From the IMG/VR virus record IMGVR_UViG_2526164631_000023: a stretch of 64,000 bases of DNA. One strand, 5' to 3'. Under the pieces are notes generated by a model, which did no database searches, was not told where the DNA came from, and worked only from the letters and a program-made list of their open reading frames with translations. This document shows, one piece after another, positions 56,122-64,000 of this stretch (position 1 is the first letter of the stretch; each line of letters opens with the position of its first letter). The DNA comes from a virus. Taxonomy: Duplodnaviria; Heunggongvirae; Uroviricota; Caudoviricetes. The position numbers and the translations under genes were made by a program.

Positions 56122-56513
56122 TGTACGGGACTACCAAATTAAGCACTCAACAGGCCACCAATATGGAGTGGTCTATCGCTAACTGTAAGATCGTGTCATG
56201 CAATGCCACGCGTACTGATGTGGGCCATAAAAGCACTATAACAGGCTATCTAGTAATGACCACCAGGGGGATGAGGGTTAGATTTCGCTGGAAAGCAGAG
56301 CAAGTAACGCCATTCAGAGAGCCATCAATGCCGCTGCAGGTTGAGCAGGATTATCTATGTTTACCAGAAATAGATGGAGGAATGCTGGTGGAGTCTGATG
56401 GTAGTAAGGCTGATTTTGAAGCCAATTTGAAGCTGGCACAGGCCGTAATCAATAGTTATCGCGGACAGTGGATCGCAAAAGTGAAACATGTTGTTCGTTT
56501 GTCTCGCTGGTAG
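56121..56513 (+). CDS. Hypothetical protein (130 aa)
   Basis: ATG overlaps previous stop. Confidence 0.3.
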   Translation: MYGTTKLSTQQATNMEWSIANCKIVSCNATRTDVGHKSTITGYLVMTTRGMRVRFRWKAEQVTPFREPSMPLQVEQDYLCLPEIDGGMLVESDGSKADFEANLKLAQAVINSYRGQWIAKVKHVVRLSRW

Positions 56514-56620
56514 TGTTAGGTATTTAATATTAATTTTCTAATATAATCATCTTTTTACCAGTCTATACAGTTTTAACATTCTCATTATCATCCCCTCGGT
56601 CATTTCCTGCCGGGGGATTA

Positions 56621-57013
56621 ATGGAACAAATCAGCAGCGCAGAAATTGCGGATATCATGATCAGGGCTGACTGCTATCTGACAGTCACTGAAATTACCAC
56701 TCTCGCCAAAGAAAAATACCCTCATCTCCATGTTTCACGAGTAAGTGTAACTAACATCATTCGTCATTTTGTTCGTTCAAGCAGGGCAATCTGTGAGCTT
56801 GATGATCGTGTTTACCCACGAAAATACTGGTTGCATGGCCTGAACGGATATCAGTTCAAGGTGCGTGGGCGAACCCCTGAATACGGCAGTTTACTGGTTA
56901 AAAACTGTAGCAGGAAATCAGTCGAACAGGCGCGAAAAGAGCAACGAGAGCTGGTGGACATGGCGAATAAGCTGTGGAATGCCGCCGTTAAAAAGCGTGG
57001 TGTTGCTTTATGA
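56621..57013 (+). CDS. Hypothetical protein (130 aa), possibly DNA-binding
   Basis: ORF upstream of and overlapping (ATGA) pacA start; degenerate operator-like sequence at 56511-56550. Confidence 0.3.
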   Translation: MEQISSAEIADIMIRADCYLTVTEITTLAKEKYPHLHVSRVSVTNIIRHFVRSSRAICELDDRVYPRKYWLHGLNGYQFKVRGRTPEYGSLLVKNCSRKSVEQARKEQRELVDMANKLWNAAVKKRGVAL

Positions 57014-58374
57014 GTCTGGTTAATTGGGAGGAGCACCGCGCCCGCTTTATAGCGTTGCGTGAAGAAAAAGGGATCACTGTAAAGGAATACTGTGAGGAGC
57101 ATGGCCTTAGCTTCAATACAGCCAGAAAGCATCTCAATATGAAAAAAAATGAGGTGCGGTCGCAGGTAAAGACAACAAAAAAAAGCACCAAATCACCTGA
57201 AAAAAAACGGGCAGGAAGAGCAACAAAAAAGCAGGAAGAGGGTGCAGAAAAAACAAAATTTACAGAAATTGACAATTCGCAGGGCGCAGGTTCTTTCCGA
57301 AGTATGCCGAGAAAGAAAACTTCGGATCATGAAAATAATTTAAATAATAACAATGAGATAAAAGAATCCGTCAGGAGATCATTGCGCGAAAAAATGGCGA
57401 AAATGATCCCCGAAGAAGATAAAAGTGCCCCAAAAATTGAGGGATCTTCTGCAATGATCCCTGACGGTGCTGTGCAGCGTGCCACATTGCCAACTACGAA
57501 TGTGGCTCGCGATATGATGAAGAACGGCGCAGAAGAACACCTGCGGTTAGCAATTCAAATGGCGCAAGAGCGCGCACTTCAGTATCAAAGCATTGTTGAT
57601 CAGGAGGCCGAACGTCTACAGGCGGAAATAGACACCTTGGGCGATAAAGAGCCAGAAGGAATGCACCCTGGGCAGCGCCTTCTCGGTCTAATCAGTGACG
57701 CGGCCTACTACATGAATGATTTTATCAGTAGGTTGGCAGCTATATATCAGTCCGAACAAAAGCTGCGACAGGGGGATGAAAAGCTTCGTCAGAGCGCTCG
57801 CCAGCAAGCATTCAAAGAGGCTGAGGCCAGAGAAAAACTCGAATTAGCACGCCTACAGGCCGAACAGCGTGGCAAAGAGATTGAATATCGCATTGGCGCT
57901 GACGCACGCGCAGCCAGAGTTATCGCCGCCGCTATACGTATGCGTGAGCGCGAGGAACTGGATGATATCGGTGTTGCTGAATACATCGAGCGCCAGGGTG
58001 TCAGCGTCCCGGCTATCCTCGCGGCGCGCGCGGCGAAAGCTATCACTCTTCTCGAACCACCTGTTTCTGACGTCAATGATGTTGATGATGAACAGCTGGA
58101 CAAAGAGGCAAGGGAGTTTGCAACGCTTCAGGCTAACCATCCGCTATGGCTGGCAGAGCGCCGGGCGGATGTGGCAACCATTGTTGAAGAATTGGGTTGC
58201 GGAGATTACGACCGCAATGGCGAGCGTAAAGCTGGAGAATTCGAGGCCAACGACGAAGAGCTGGATATTGACCCTTCGGCAACGGCTGAAATTTACGGTG
58301 ATTATGATGCATCTGATGCAGGGTATGACGCCGGAGATGATGATATCGCGATAGAACCGCCGGAGGATGATTAA
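57010..58374 (+). CDS. pacA: Terminase small subunit, PacA-like (454 aa)
   Basis: Directly upstream of and overlapping the large terminase gene; N-terminal HTH-like region, acidic C-terminus; contains a GATC cluster. Confidence 0.5.
   Translation: MSLVNWEEHRARFIALREEKGITVKEYCEEHGLSFNTARKHLNMKKNEVRSQVKTTKKSTKSPEKKRAGRATKKQEEGAEKTKFTEIDNSQGAGSFRSMPRKKTSDHENNLNNNNEIKESVRRSLREKMAKMIPEEDKSAPKIEGSSAMIPDGAVQRATLPTTNVARDMMKNGAEEHLRLAIQMAQERALQYQSIVDQEAERLQAEIDTLGDKEPEGMHPGQRLLGLISDAAYYMNDFISRLAAIYQSEQKLRQGDEKLRQSARQQAFKEAEAREKLELARLQAEQRGKEIEYRIGADARAARVIAAAIRMREREELDDIGVAEYIERQGVSVPAILAARAAKAITLLEPPVSDVNDVDDEQLDKEAREFATLQANHPLWLAERRADVATIVEELGCGDYDRNGERKAGEFEANDEELDIDPSATAEIYGDYDASDAGYDAGDDDIAIEPPEDD
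57320..57605. other. Candidate pac site: cluster of six GATC-containing repeats inside pacA
   Basis: GGATCATG, AGATCATT, TGATCCCC, GGATCTTC, TGATCCCT, TGATCAGG within ~280 bp. Confidence 0.3.
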
Positions 58375-59882
58375 TGGCTGGCGGGCGCAAGGTTAAATGC
58401 GTCACCAGAGATCCACGCTGGCGCGATATGGTAATCAAATACCGCTACAACTTTACCCAGGCTGTTGTCGATATTTTTGGGATGTTCCCCTCCCACCAGC
58501 AGCAGCAGATCATTCAGTCCGTACAGGAAACGGGGAGTAGGACTACCGTCACGTCCGGACACGGAACGGGGAAGTCGTCCCTTACCGCGATGTTGCTGTT
58601 GATTTTTATGATCCTGTTCCCCGATGCCCGTGTCATCATTGTTGCTAACAAGATAGGCCAGGTAAAAACAGGCGTATTCAAATACGTTAAACAGTATTGG
58701 GCGAATGCAGTTAAGCGTCATGGGTGGTTGCAGACCTATTTTGTCCTCTCTGACACCATGTTTTATGAGCGCTCCCGTAAGGGGATTTGGGAAGTTCTCT
58801 GCAAAGGTTATCGACTCGGCAACGAAGAAGCGCTGGCGGGGGAACACGCGGCACATTTGCTTCTAATTCTGGATGAAGCATCTGGTATATCTGATAAGGC
58901 GATCGGCGTAATGACCGGTGCTCTTACTGAAGAAGATAACCGGATGTTGATGCTATCCCAGCCAACAAGGCCAAGTGGTTATTTCTACGATTCGCACCAT
59001 TCTCGAGCAAAAACCCCAGGCAACCCGAAAGGGATCTGGACAGCAATTGTTCTTAACTCGGAAGAATCACCGTTCGTCACACCACAATTCATCAAGGAGA
59101 AGCTTCTGGAATATGGCGGGCGCGATTCTATTGAGTACATGGTCAAGGTGCTTGGTCAGTTCCCACGAGAAATTAACGGCTATTTGCTTGGTCGTGATGA
59201 ATGCGATCGCGCTGCTCGCCGCAAGGTGTTGTTGGAGAAAAACTGGGGATGGGTGGCAACGGCTGACGTTGGTAATGGGCGAGATAAGTCGGTCCTCAAC
59301 ATCTGCAAGGTATCAGGTCACAGGGATAAGCGGCGCGTTGTTAACTTTAAGGTAATGGAGATGCCTGGCACTATGGACCCATTGGCCTTTGCTGACTTCA
59401 TATATAACGAATGTACGCCGGAAAAATACCCGAATATAACAATCGCGGTTGATGCTGATGGTTTTGGTTCTGATACGTGTGCGCAGTTGGTGCGTCGTGG
59501 TGCGAACCCGGTACGTATTCGGTGGGGAAAACCCATGTTTGCGAACAAAGACAGGGAGCGATTTGTTAATCAGCGTGCCTACGCAAATATTATGGCGCGT
59601 GATGCCATAAAGTCAGGGCGTATGCGGATAGACAGTGACCCTAAAACGGCAGAGCAAGCGTCAAAAATCCCCTTTTTACTGAATGAAGAGGGGAAAATGG
59701 CGATGATGCGCAAAGAGCACATGCGGCAAAAGCTAAACATCAAATCGCCTGACCGATGGGATACCTACTGCTTCACTATGCTGGTGGACTATGTGCCTGC
59801 TAATGAAGATATTGGTGCCGAAATGGCAACTTTCCGAGATCAGGTTCTGGCGGATATCGAAATGCCGGATCTGGATATATAA
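58374..59882 (+). CDS. pacB: Terminase large subunit, PacB-like (502 aa)
   Basis: Walker A TSGHGTGKSS, Walker B LLILDEASGI, C-terminal nuclease region with acidic residues (AVDADGFG). Confidence 0.8.
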   Translation: MAGGRKVKCVTRDPRWRDMVIKYRYNFTQAVVDIFGMFPSHQQQQIIQSVQETGSRTTVTSGHGTGKSSLTAMLLLIFMILFPDARVIIVANKIGQVKTGVFKYVKQYWANAVKRHGWLQTYFVLSDTMFYERSRKGIWEVLCKGYRLGNEEALAGEHAAHLLLILDEASGISDKAIGVMTGALTEEDNRMLMLSQPTRPSGYFYDSHHSRAKTPGNPKGIWTAIVLNSEESPFVTPQFIKEKLLEYGGRDSIEYMVKVLGQFPREINGYLLGRDECDRAARRKVLLEKNWGWVATADVGNGRDKSVLNICKVSGHRDKRRVVNFKVMEMPGTMDPLAFADFIYNECTPEKYPNITIAVDADGFGSDTCAQLVRRGANPVRIRWGKPMFANKDRERFVNQRAYANIMARDAIKSGRMRIDSDPKTAEQASKIPFLLNEEGKMAMMRKEHMRQKLNIKSPDRWDTYCFTMLVDYVPANEDIGAEMATFRDQVLADIEMPDLDI

Positions 59883-59884
59883 AA

Positions 59885-59901
59885 GCCCCGCGGTGCGGGG
59901 C
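59885..59901. terminator. Hairpin between convergent pacB and repressor-position gene
   Basis: gccccgc ggtg cggggc. Confidence 0.4.
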
Positions 59902-59910
59902 CGGTGGTGA

Positions 59911-60948
59911 TTACCAGAGCTTTGCGGCGTGCTGCGTTTGGGGGAATGTGTATCCGTAACGTTCTTCGATTGCTTTGCCGTATTTTTTACGCGCTTCATT
60001 CAGTTTGATGCCGGTCAGGTCGTCTCCAGAGGCCATCATTACGTCTAACAATTCCAGATCCATTTTATCCAGCCTTGCCATTGCTTCACGCGATGTACGA
60101 ATCTTACGTTCAATGATATGGCGAATGGCCGGATCGGCATCCTCCAGCATCTTAGCGGATTTCTGCTTAAGGTTTTCGTTGCGAATATCGATGTTCCTTA
60201 AGATGTACGACTTCGCAACGTAGCTTGGCTGGTGTTTTTCCAGGTCACGAACACGATATAAGTTAAAATCGCCGAGAAGGCTGCAAGGTACCGATTCGAC
60301 GCCAGAATAAATTGTAATGCTCCGGCGTTCACCAACATTATTGACAACGGGGATCGTTGTCTTCGGTAGTCTTGCGAAAACCAATGCGCCATGTGCGCCA
60401 ACTCTAAAGCGAGAAAGGGCATTGCTGCCTTCGATGTTTGTTGTCAGCACAACATCTGTATATGCCTCTTTACGCGCCCGGTAGATCTCGCCTTCAGGCT
60501 CAGCTTCAAAGAAGCGCTGTTCTTCTTCAAGAGCACCTACGATTTGAGAAAAAACCCTATTTTTCAGGCTTTTCTTTATGATTTTGTCGTATTTTTTGAG
60601 CAATTGCTCACGTGTAAATGTACGTGTTGTTGTAGCGCTTTGCACAACAACATGCGTGCTTTGATTGGTGTCCTCAATGATGAATGGGATCGGAGAATAT
60701 ACAGACTCAACAATGTTCGACGCTTTGCCGTCGGCATCGCGACACATGTCAACGAAGGCTTTCCATTCAGCAAGACATTTTTCAGCTTCTTCTAATATGT
60801 TTTGGTCATGCGTTAATGCAACATGGCGGAATTCCTCGCCAGCATAACTGGTATCATGGAAAACAGAGTTTGCGACCACCAGCTCTTTCCACCGTTCAGC
60901 GGTTTGCAGGAACCGTTTGTACTCTTTCTCGATCGACTTCTTACTCAT
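59911..60948 (-). CDS. Protein at the P1 c1 position (345 aa): candidate master repressor
   Basis: Divergent from the recombinase across the rox region; operator-like motif overlaps its upstream region; no sequence-level confirmation. Confidence 0.3.
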   Translation of the reverse strand: MSKKSIEKEYKRFLQTAERWKELVVANSVFHDTSYAGEEFRHVALTHDQNILEEAEKCLAEWKAFVDMCRDADGKASNIVESVYSPIPFIIEDTNQSTHVVVQSATTTRTFTREQLLKKYDKIIKKSLKNRVFSQIVGALEEEQRFFEAEPEGEIYRARKEAYTDVVLTTNIEGSNALSRFRVGAHGALVFARLPKTTIPVVNNVGERRSITIYSGVESVPCSLLGDFNLYRVRDLEKHQPSYVAKSYILRNIDIRNENLKQKSAKMLEDADPAIRHIIERKIRTSREAMARLDKMDLELLDVMMASGDDLTGIKLNEARKKYGKAIEERYGYTFPQTQHAAKLW

Positions 60949-60960
60949 TATTCCTACTCG

Positions 60961-60980
60961 ATTTAGTTTTCTAACATAAA
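60961..60980 (-). promoter_or_regulatory. Operator-like motif copy h (reverse: TTTATGTTAGAAAACTAAAT)
   Basis: 13 bp upstream of the repressor-position gene start. Confidence 0.45.
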
Positions 60981-61157
60981 ATTACTATGACAAATTTATG
61001 TCGAATAACAGAGTGAGTAAAGGATAGAGCTGTGATTTTTTGTCATCAATTTTAGAAAACCAACTGTATAAACCACACTTCGCAAATTAAAGACCATGAA
61101 GGCAACGTGTTACTGGTCAGAATCAATCTGTGATGGATTAAAAAAATCGCCATTTTA

Positions 61158-61189
61158 TAACTTTAAATAATTGGCATTATTTAAAGTTA
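61158..61189. other. rox-type recombination site (Cre/lox-like 14-4-14 palindrome)
   Basis: TAACTTTAAATAAT TGGC ATTATTTAAAGTTA: perfect 14-bp inverted arms around 4-bp spacer; reverse complement of the rox sequence as remembered. Confidence 0.8.
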
Positions 61190-61341
61190 GGCTATAATCA
61201 TGTGTAGATGAACAGTGTTGACATCACTGAAAATACGTGCCTCGAATCAAAGGCTTGTATTTTGAAAATTAACTTATAGCTACCCTGTCATTTTTATATT
61301 TTTCGCGTAGCGTCATCTGTATATAGAGGTCAAATAGTTTC

Positions 61342-62370
61342 ATGAGTGAATTAATTATCTCTGGCAGTTCCGGTGGTTTTCTGCGCAACATTGGCAAAGA
61401 GTACCAGGAAGCCGCAGAAAACTTTATGCGGTTCATGAATGACCAGGGGGCTTATGCGCCGAATACTCTGCGCGACCTCCGGTTGGTGTTTCATTCCTGG
61501 GCGCGCTGGTGTCACGCTCGCCAGCTTGCCTGGTTTCCGATCTCACCAGAAATGGCCCGCGAGTATTTTCTTCAGCTGCATGATGCCGATCTGGCTTCGA
61601 CCACCATTGATAAGCACTACGCCATGCTGAACATGCTGCTTTCGCATTGTGGCCTTCCGCCACTTTCGGATGATAAAAGTGTTTCTCTGGCTATGCGGCG
61701 CATCCGGCGCGAAGCGGCAACTGAAAAAGGCGAACGAACAGGCCAGGCTATACCGCTTCGGTGGGACGATCTGAAACTGCTCGACGTCCTGTTGTCCAGG
61801 TCAGAACGGCTGGTAGACCTGCGCAACCGGGCTTTTCTCTTTGTTGCATACAATACGCTGATGCGTATGTCGGAAATATCGCGTATTCGTGTAGGTGATC
61901 TGGACCAAACAGGTGACACTGTCACGCTACATATTTCACACACGAAGACAATAACGACCGCCGCCGGGCTTGATAAGGTGCTTTCCCGTCGCACTACTGC
62001 TGTGCTGAATGACTGGCTGGATGTTTCCGGGCTTCGTGAACATCCTGACGCGGTGCTGTTCCCGCCGATACACCGTAGCAATAAGGCCAGGATTACGACA
62101 ACGCCCCTTACTGCACCTGCAATGGAGAAAATATTCAGCGACGCCTGGGTGTTGCTGAATAAAAGGGATGCCGCGCCAAACAAAGGGAGATACCGGACGT
62201 GGACCGGGCATAGTGCTCGTGTCGGGGCCGCTATCGATATGGCTGAAAAGCAGGTGTCTATGGTGGAGATCATGCAGGAAGGAACCTGGAAGAAACCGGA
62301 AACACTTATGCGGTATCTGCGCCGTGGCGGTGTGTCTGTGGGGGCTAATAGCCGCTTGATGGATTCGTAA
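61342..62370 (+). CDS. dre: Tyrosine site-specific recombinase of the Cre family (Dre-like)
   Basis: 342 aa with Cre-like blocks VSLAMRRIRRE, AFLFVAYNTLMRMSEISRIRVGDL, WTGHSARVGAAIDMA, LMRYLR (catalytic R..HxxR..Y); adjacent to rox-type site. Confidence 0.85.
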   Translation: MSELIISGSSGGFLRNIGKEYQEAAENFMRFMNDQGAYAPNTLRDLRLVFHSWARWCHARQLAWFPISPEMAREYFLQLHDADLASTTIDKHYAMLNMLLSHCGLPPLSDDKSVSLAMRRIRREAATEKGERTGQAIPLRWDDLKLLDVLLSRSERLVDLRNRAFLFVAYNTLMRMSEISRIRVGDLDQTGDTVTLHISHTKTITTAAGLDKVLSRRTTAVLNDWLDVSGLREHPDAVLFPPIHRSNKARITTTPLTAPAMEKIFSDAWVLLNKRDAAPNKGRYRTWTGHSARVGAAIDMAEKQVSMVEIMQEGTWKKPETLMRYLRRGGVSVGANSRLMDS

Positions 62371-62371
62371 A

Positions 62372-62389
62372 TTAAATTTCTAACACATC
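62372..62389 (-). promoter_or_regulatory. Operator-like motif copy i (reverse: GATGTGTTAGAAATTTAA)
   Basis: Immediately downstream of recombinase stop. Confidence 0.4.
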
Positions 62390-62431
62390 TTTTTAGATTG
62401 ATATCTTTGCTGTAAAGTACCCTCGCCTATT

Positions 62432-62788
62432 TTGGAGGGTGCTTTGCAGAGTCAAATCACGGAATCAAGACGCTTCACGGTGGATGGTTACACCGTAACC
62501 TTCGCCGCTGGTGTTAAGAACAGTCATGCTGTCGTTGTATTCGGCATCATGACCGGGCTTGAGGCCGTCACTGTGTTTACCCTCGAAAAAAACTGGCGAA
62601 ATCTGGAGGAAGCAGAAAGCTACGTCCGGAAAGTAACCATCATTGCCGCCGAAAAACTCCTGGCCCACTATCAGGAAAATTATCGCACTATGGTCGAGAA
62701 GATTAATCTCGCTTTCACTCGCCCCACTACCGGCTTTATTGCACCGGATACTAATGCAGGTCGCTATCCTGCAAGGGGGCGTCGGTGA
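62432..62788 (+). CDS. Hypothetical protein (118 aa)
   Basis: ORF only. Confidence 0.3.
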   Translation: MEGALQSQITESRRFTVDGYTVTFAAGVKNSHAVVVFGIMTGLEAVTVFTLEKNWRNLEEAESYVRKVTIIAAEKLLAHYQENYRTMVEKINLAFTRPTTGFIAPDTNAGRYPARGRR

Positions 62789-63261
62789 AAACTTATTACA
62801 CATCTCTGAATTGTTACCCGTCTTCCTATCCAGAATTGTCCGGGAAGCTGTTAGCTCTATTAGCTAAAGCACCTACGGAATGGTTTAAGCCAGTCATTAT
62901 CAATCCACACTTCCTGGATTACGGATCTGTTCGCACTCGTAACGAACTCAAAAACCTACTGGCGCATGGATTCATTCGACACCGTGCCGGGAAAGGCTAT
63001 CAGTTAGCGATTGCGCCAGAAGAGGCCGTGCGGCTATTCGCATATCGTGACAGCCAGACAAAAGCTCGGGTAATAGCTCAAATACTTCATAACGGCAGCA
63101 CCTATGCCCGCCAGTTTGGCGGCGATACGTCGCAGTTCTTGCGGGCGGTGCGATCGCTGGAGGAGCAAGGGGTTATTGAAAGTTCCTGTCTTCCTGTTCC
63201 TACCGTTCCACATATCAAACGTCGGGTTTACACCTTCACGCAGAGAGCTAAAAAACAATGA
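62785..63261 (+). CDS. Hypothetical protein (158 aa)
   Basis: ORF only. Confidence 0.3.
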   Translation: MKTYYTSLNCYPSSYPELSGKLLALLAKAPTEWFKPVIINPHFLDYGSVRTRNELKNLLAHGFIRHRAGKGYQLAIAPEEAVRLFAYRDSQTKARVIAQILHNGSTYARQFGGDTSQFLRAVRSLEEQGVIESSCLPVPTVPHIKRRVYTFTQRAKKQ

Positions 63262-63752
63262 TTTACGTAAAAGTGAAACGCCTACATCCGGCAGCAAAAC
63301 TTCCAGCTTATGCCACCTCCGGATCGGCGGCGATGGATTTTGAGGCTGTTGAAATAAAACCATGCGTCGATAGCAATGGTGCAATTTCCTCAAGCTGGTG
63401 GGTGTATACCGGACTGGCTATGGAGATCCCGCCCGGCTGGTGTCTGAAACTCTATCCGCGATCCGGATTGGGCTGCAAAAAACATACTCGCCTGGCTAAC
63501 TGCGTAGGAATTATCGACTCCGATTATCGCGGCGAAATCATGGCAAAACTGATTACTGATCCCGGCGGGGAAGGCGTTTGTCTCAAGCCTGGAATGGCTG
63601 TCATGCAAGGAATTTTTGAGCGTGTTGAACAAGTCTCACTAGTCGAGGTTGAGGAACTCAACGAAACGGAACGTGGTGCTGGTGGCTTTGGTAGCACATC
63701 GGAAGGCCACTTTGAAATTAAGCGTTCACCGCTTCAGTACGAAAAGTTATAA
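63258..63752 (+). CDS. dut: dUTP diphosphatase (trimeric dUTPase)
   Basis: Motifs AMDFEAV, PRSGLG, GIIDSDYRGE, RGAGGFGSTS. Confidence 0.8.
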   Translation: MIYVKVKRLHPAAKLPAYATSGSAAMDFEAVEIKPCVDSNGAISSSWWVYTGLAMEIPPGWCLKLYPRSGLGCKKHTRLANCVGIIDSDYRGEIMAKLITDPGGEGVCLKPGMAVMQGIFERVEQVSLVEVEELNETERGAGGFGSTSEGHFEIKRSPLQYEKL

Positions 63753-63765
63753 GCAGAGAAAAGAC

Positions 63766-64000
63766 TATGAATAACATGGCAACGAAAGAGCTTTTTAAGC
63801 TCCTTCCCAAATACAAAGCTCACAAAAACGTTAGTGCATCGAAAATCAAAAATGTTGTTATTTTCGGAGTAACTGATGCCCCACTTTGGGGCAGCATCGA
63901 ACTCGTTGAACCTAAAGGGGCAACAGTTTGTGTTGACGCAATGTTTTTACAAAAACACCGACCAAAAACTGGCGGGTATCTGATCGTTTATGAAAACGGT
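63766..64000 (+). CDS. Hypothetical protein, 5' part (runs off window end)
   Basis: ATG at 63766, open to window end. Confidence 0.25.

Noticed and set aside
59911-60948. Calling this gene c1 by sequence
   Set aside because: Only position, orientation and the adjacent operator-like motif support it; I could not match it to the P1 C1 sequence from memory, so it stays a positional candidate.
61158-61189. Canonical P1 loxP site
   Set aside because: Arms and spacer differ from loxP (ATAACTTCGTATA-8-TATACGAAGTTAT); the site is a 14-4-14 rox-type palindrome.

Overview
Apart from the first ~860 bp, the whole window reads as a P1/D6-family plasmid-prophage (phage-plasmid). All calls are from reading the sequence and translated ORFs against remembered family signatures; no searches were run, and most ORF starts are unverified (the track accepts ATG/GTG/TTG). 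Left edge: the 5' part of glnS (reverse strand), fused with almost no intergenic DNA to plasmid maintenance genes. Content in order: two adjacent partition systems (ParA/small-partner type Ib and ParM/ParR type II), a PAAR-like gene, an overlapping spanin pair, a structural block (candidate head, Ig-like, sheath, tube), the P1-type oriR-repA-incA replicon, a tape-measure/baseplate/tail-fibre module, a tail-fibre variation locus with a Hin/Gin/Cin-family invertase and at least three alternative 3' cassettes, a holin-headed antirestriction-like operon containing a frameshifted darA-like gene, candidate portal and protease, a c4/icd/ant-like region, a DarB-like 2303-aa methyltransferase-helicase, a small accessory island, five tRNAs in a repeat-rich non-coding region, PacA/PacB terminase, a divergent repressor-position gene, a rox-type site with a Cre-family recombinase (Dre-like) and a dUTPase. 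Most notable in the hunt: the multi-cassette tail-fibre inversion locus, a dispersed ~19-bp operator-like motif (at least 9 good copies) implying a C1-like regulon, the A7 frameshift in the darA-like gene, strong Chi enrichment, and the structured non-coding tRNA region. No CRISPR array, rRNA or IS element was seen.
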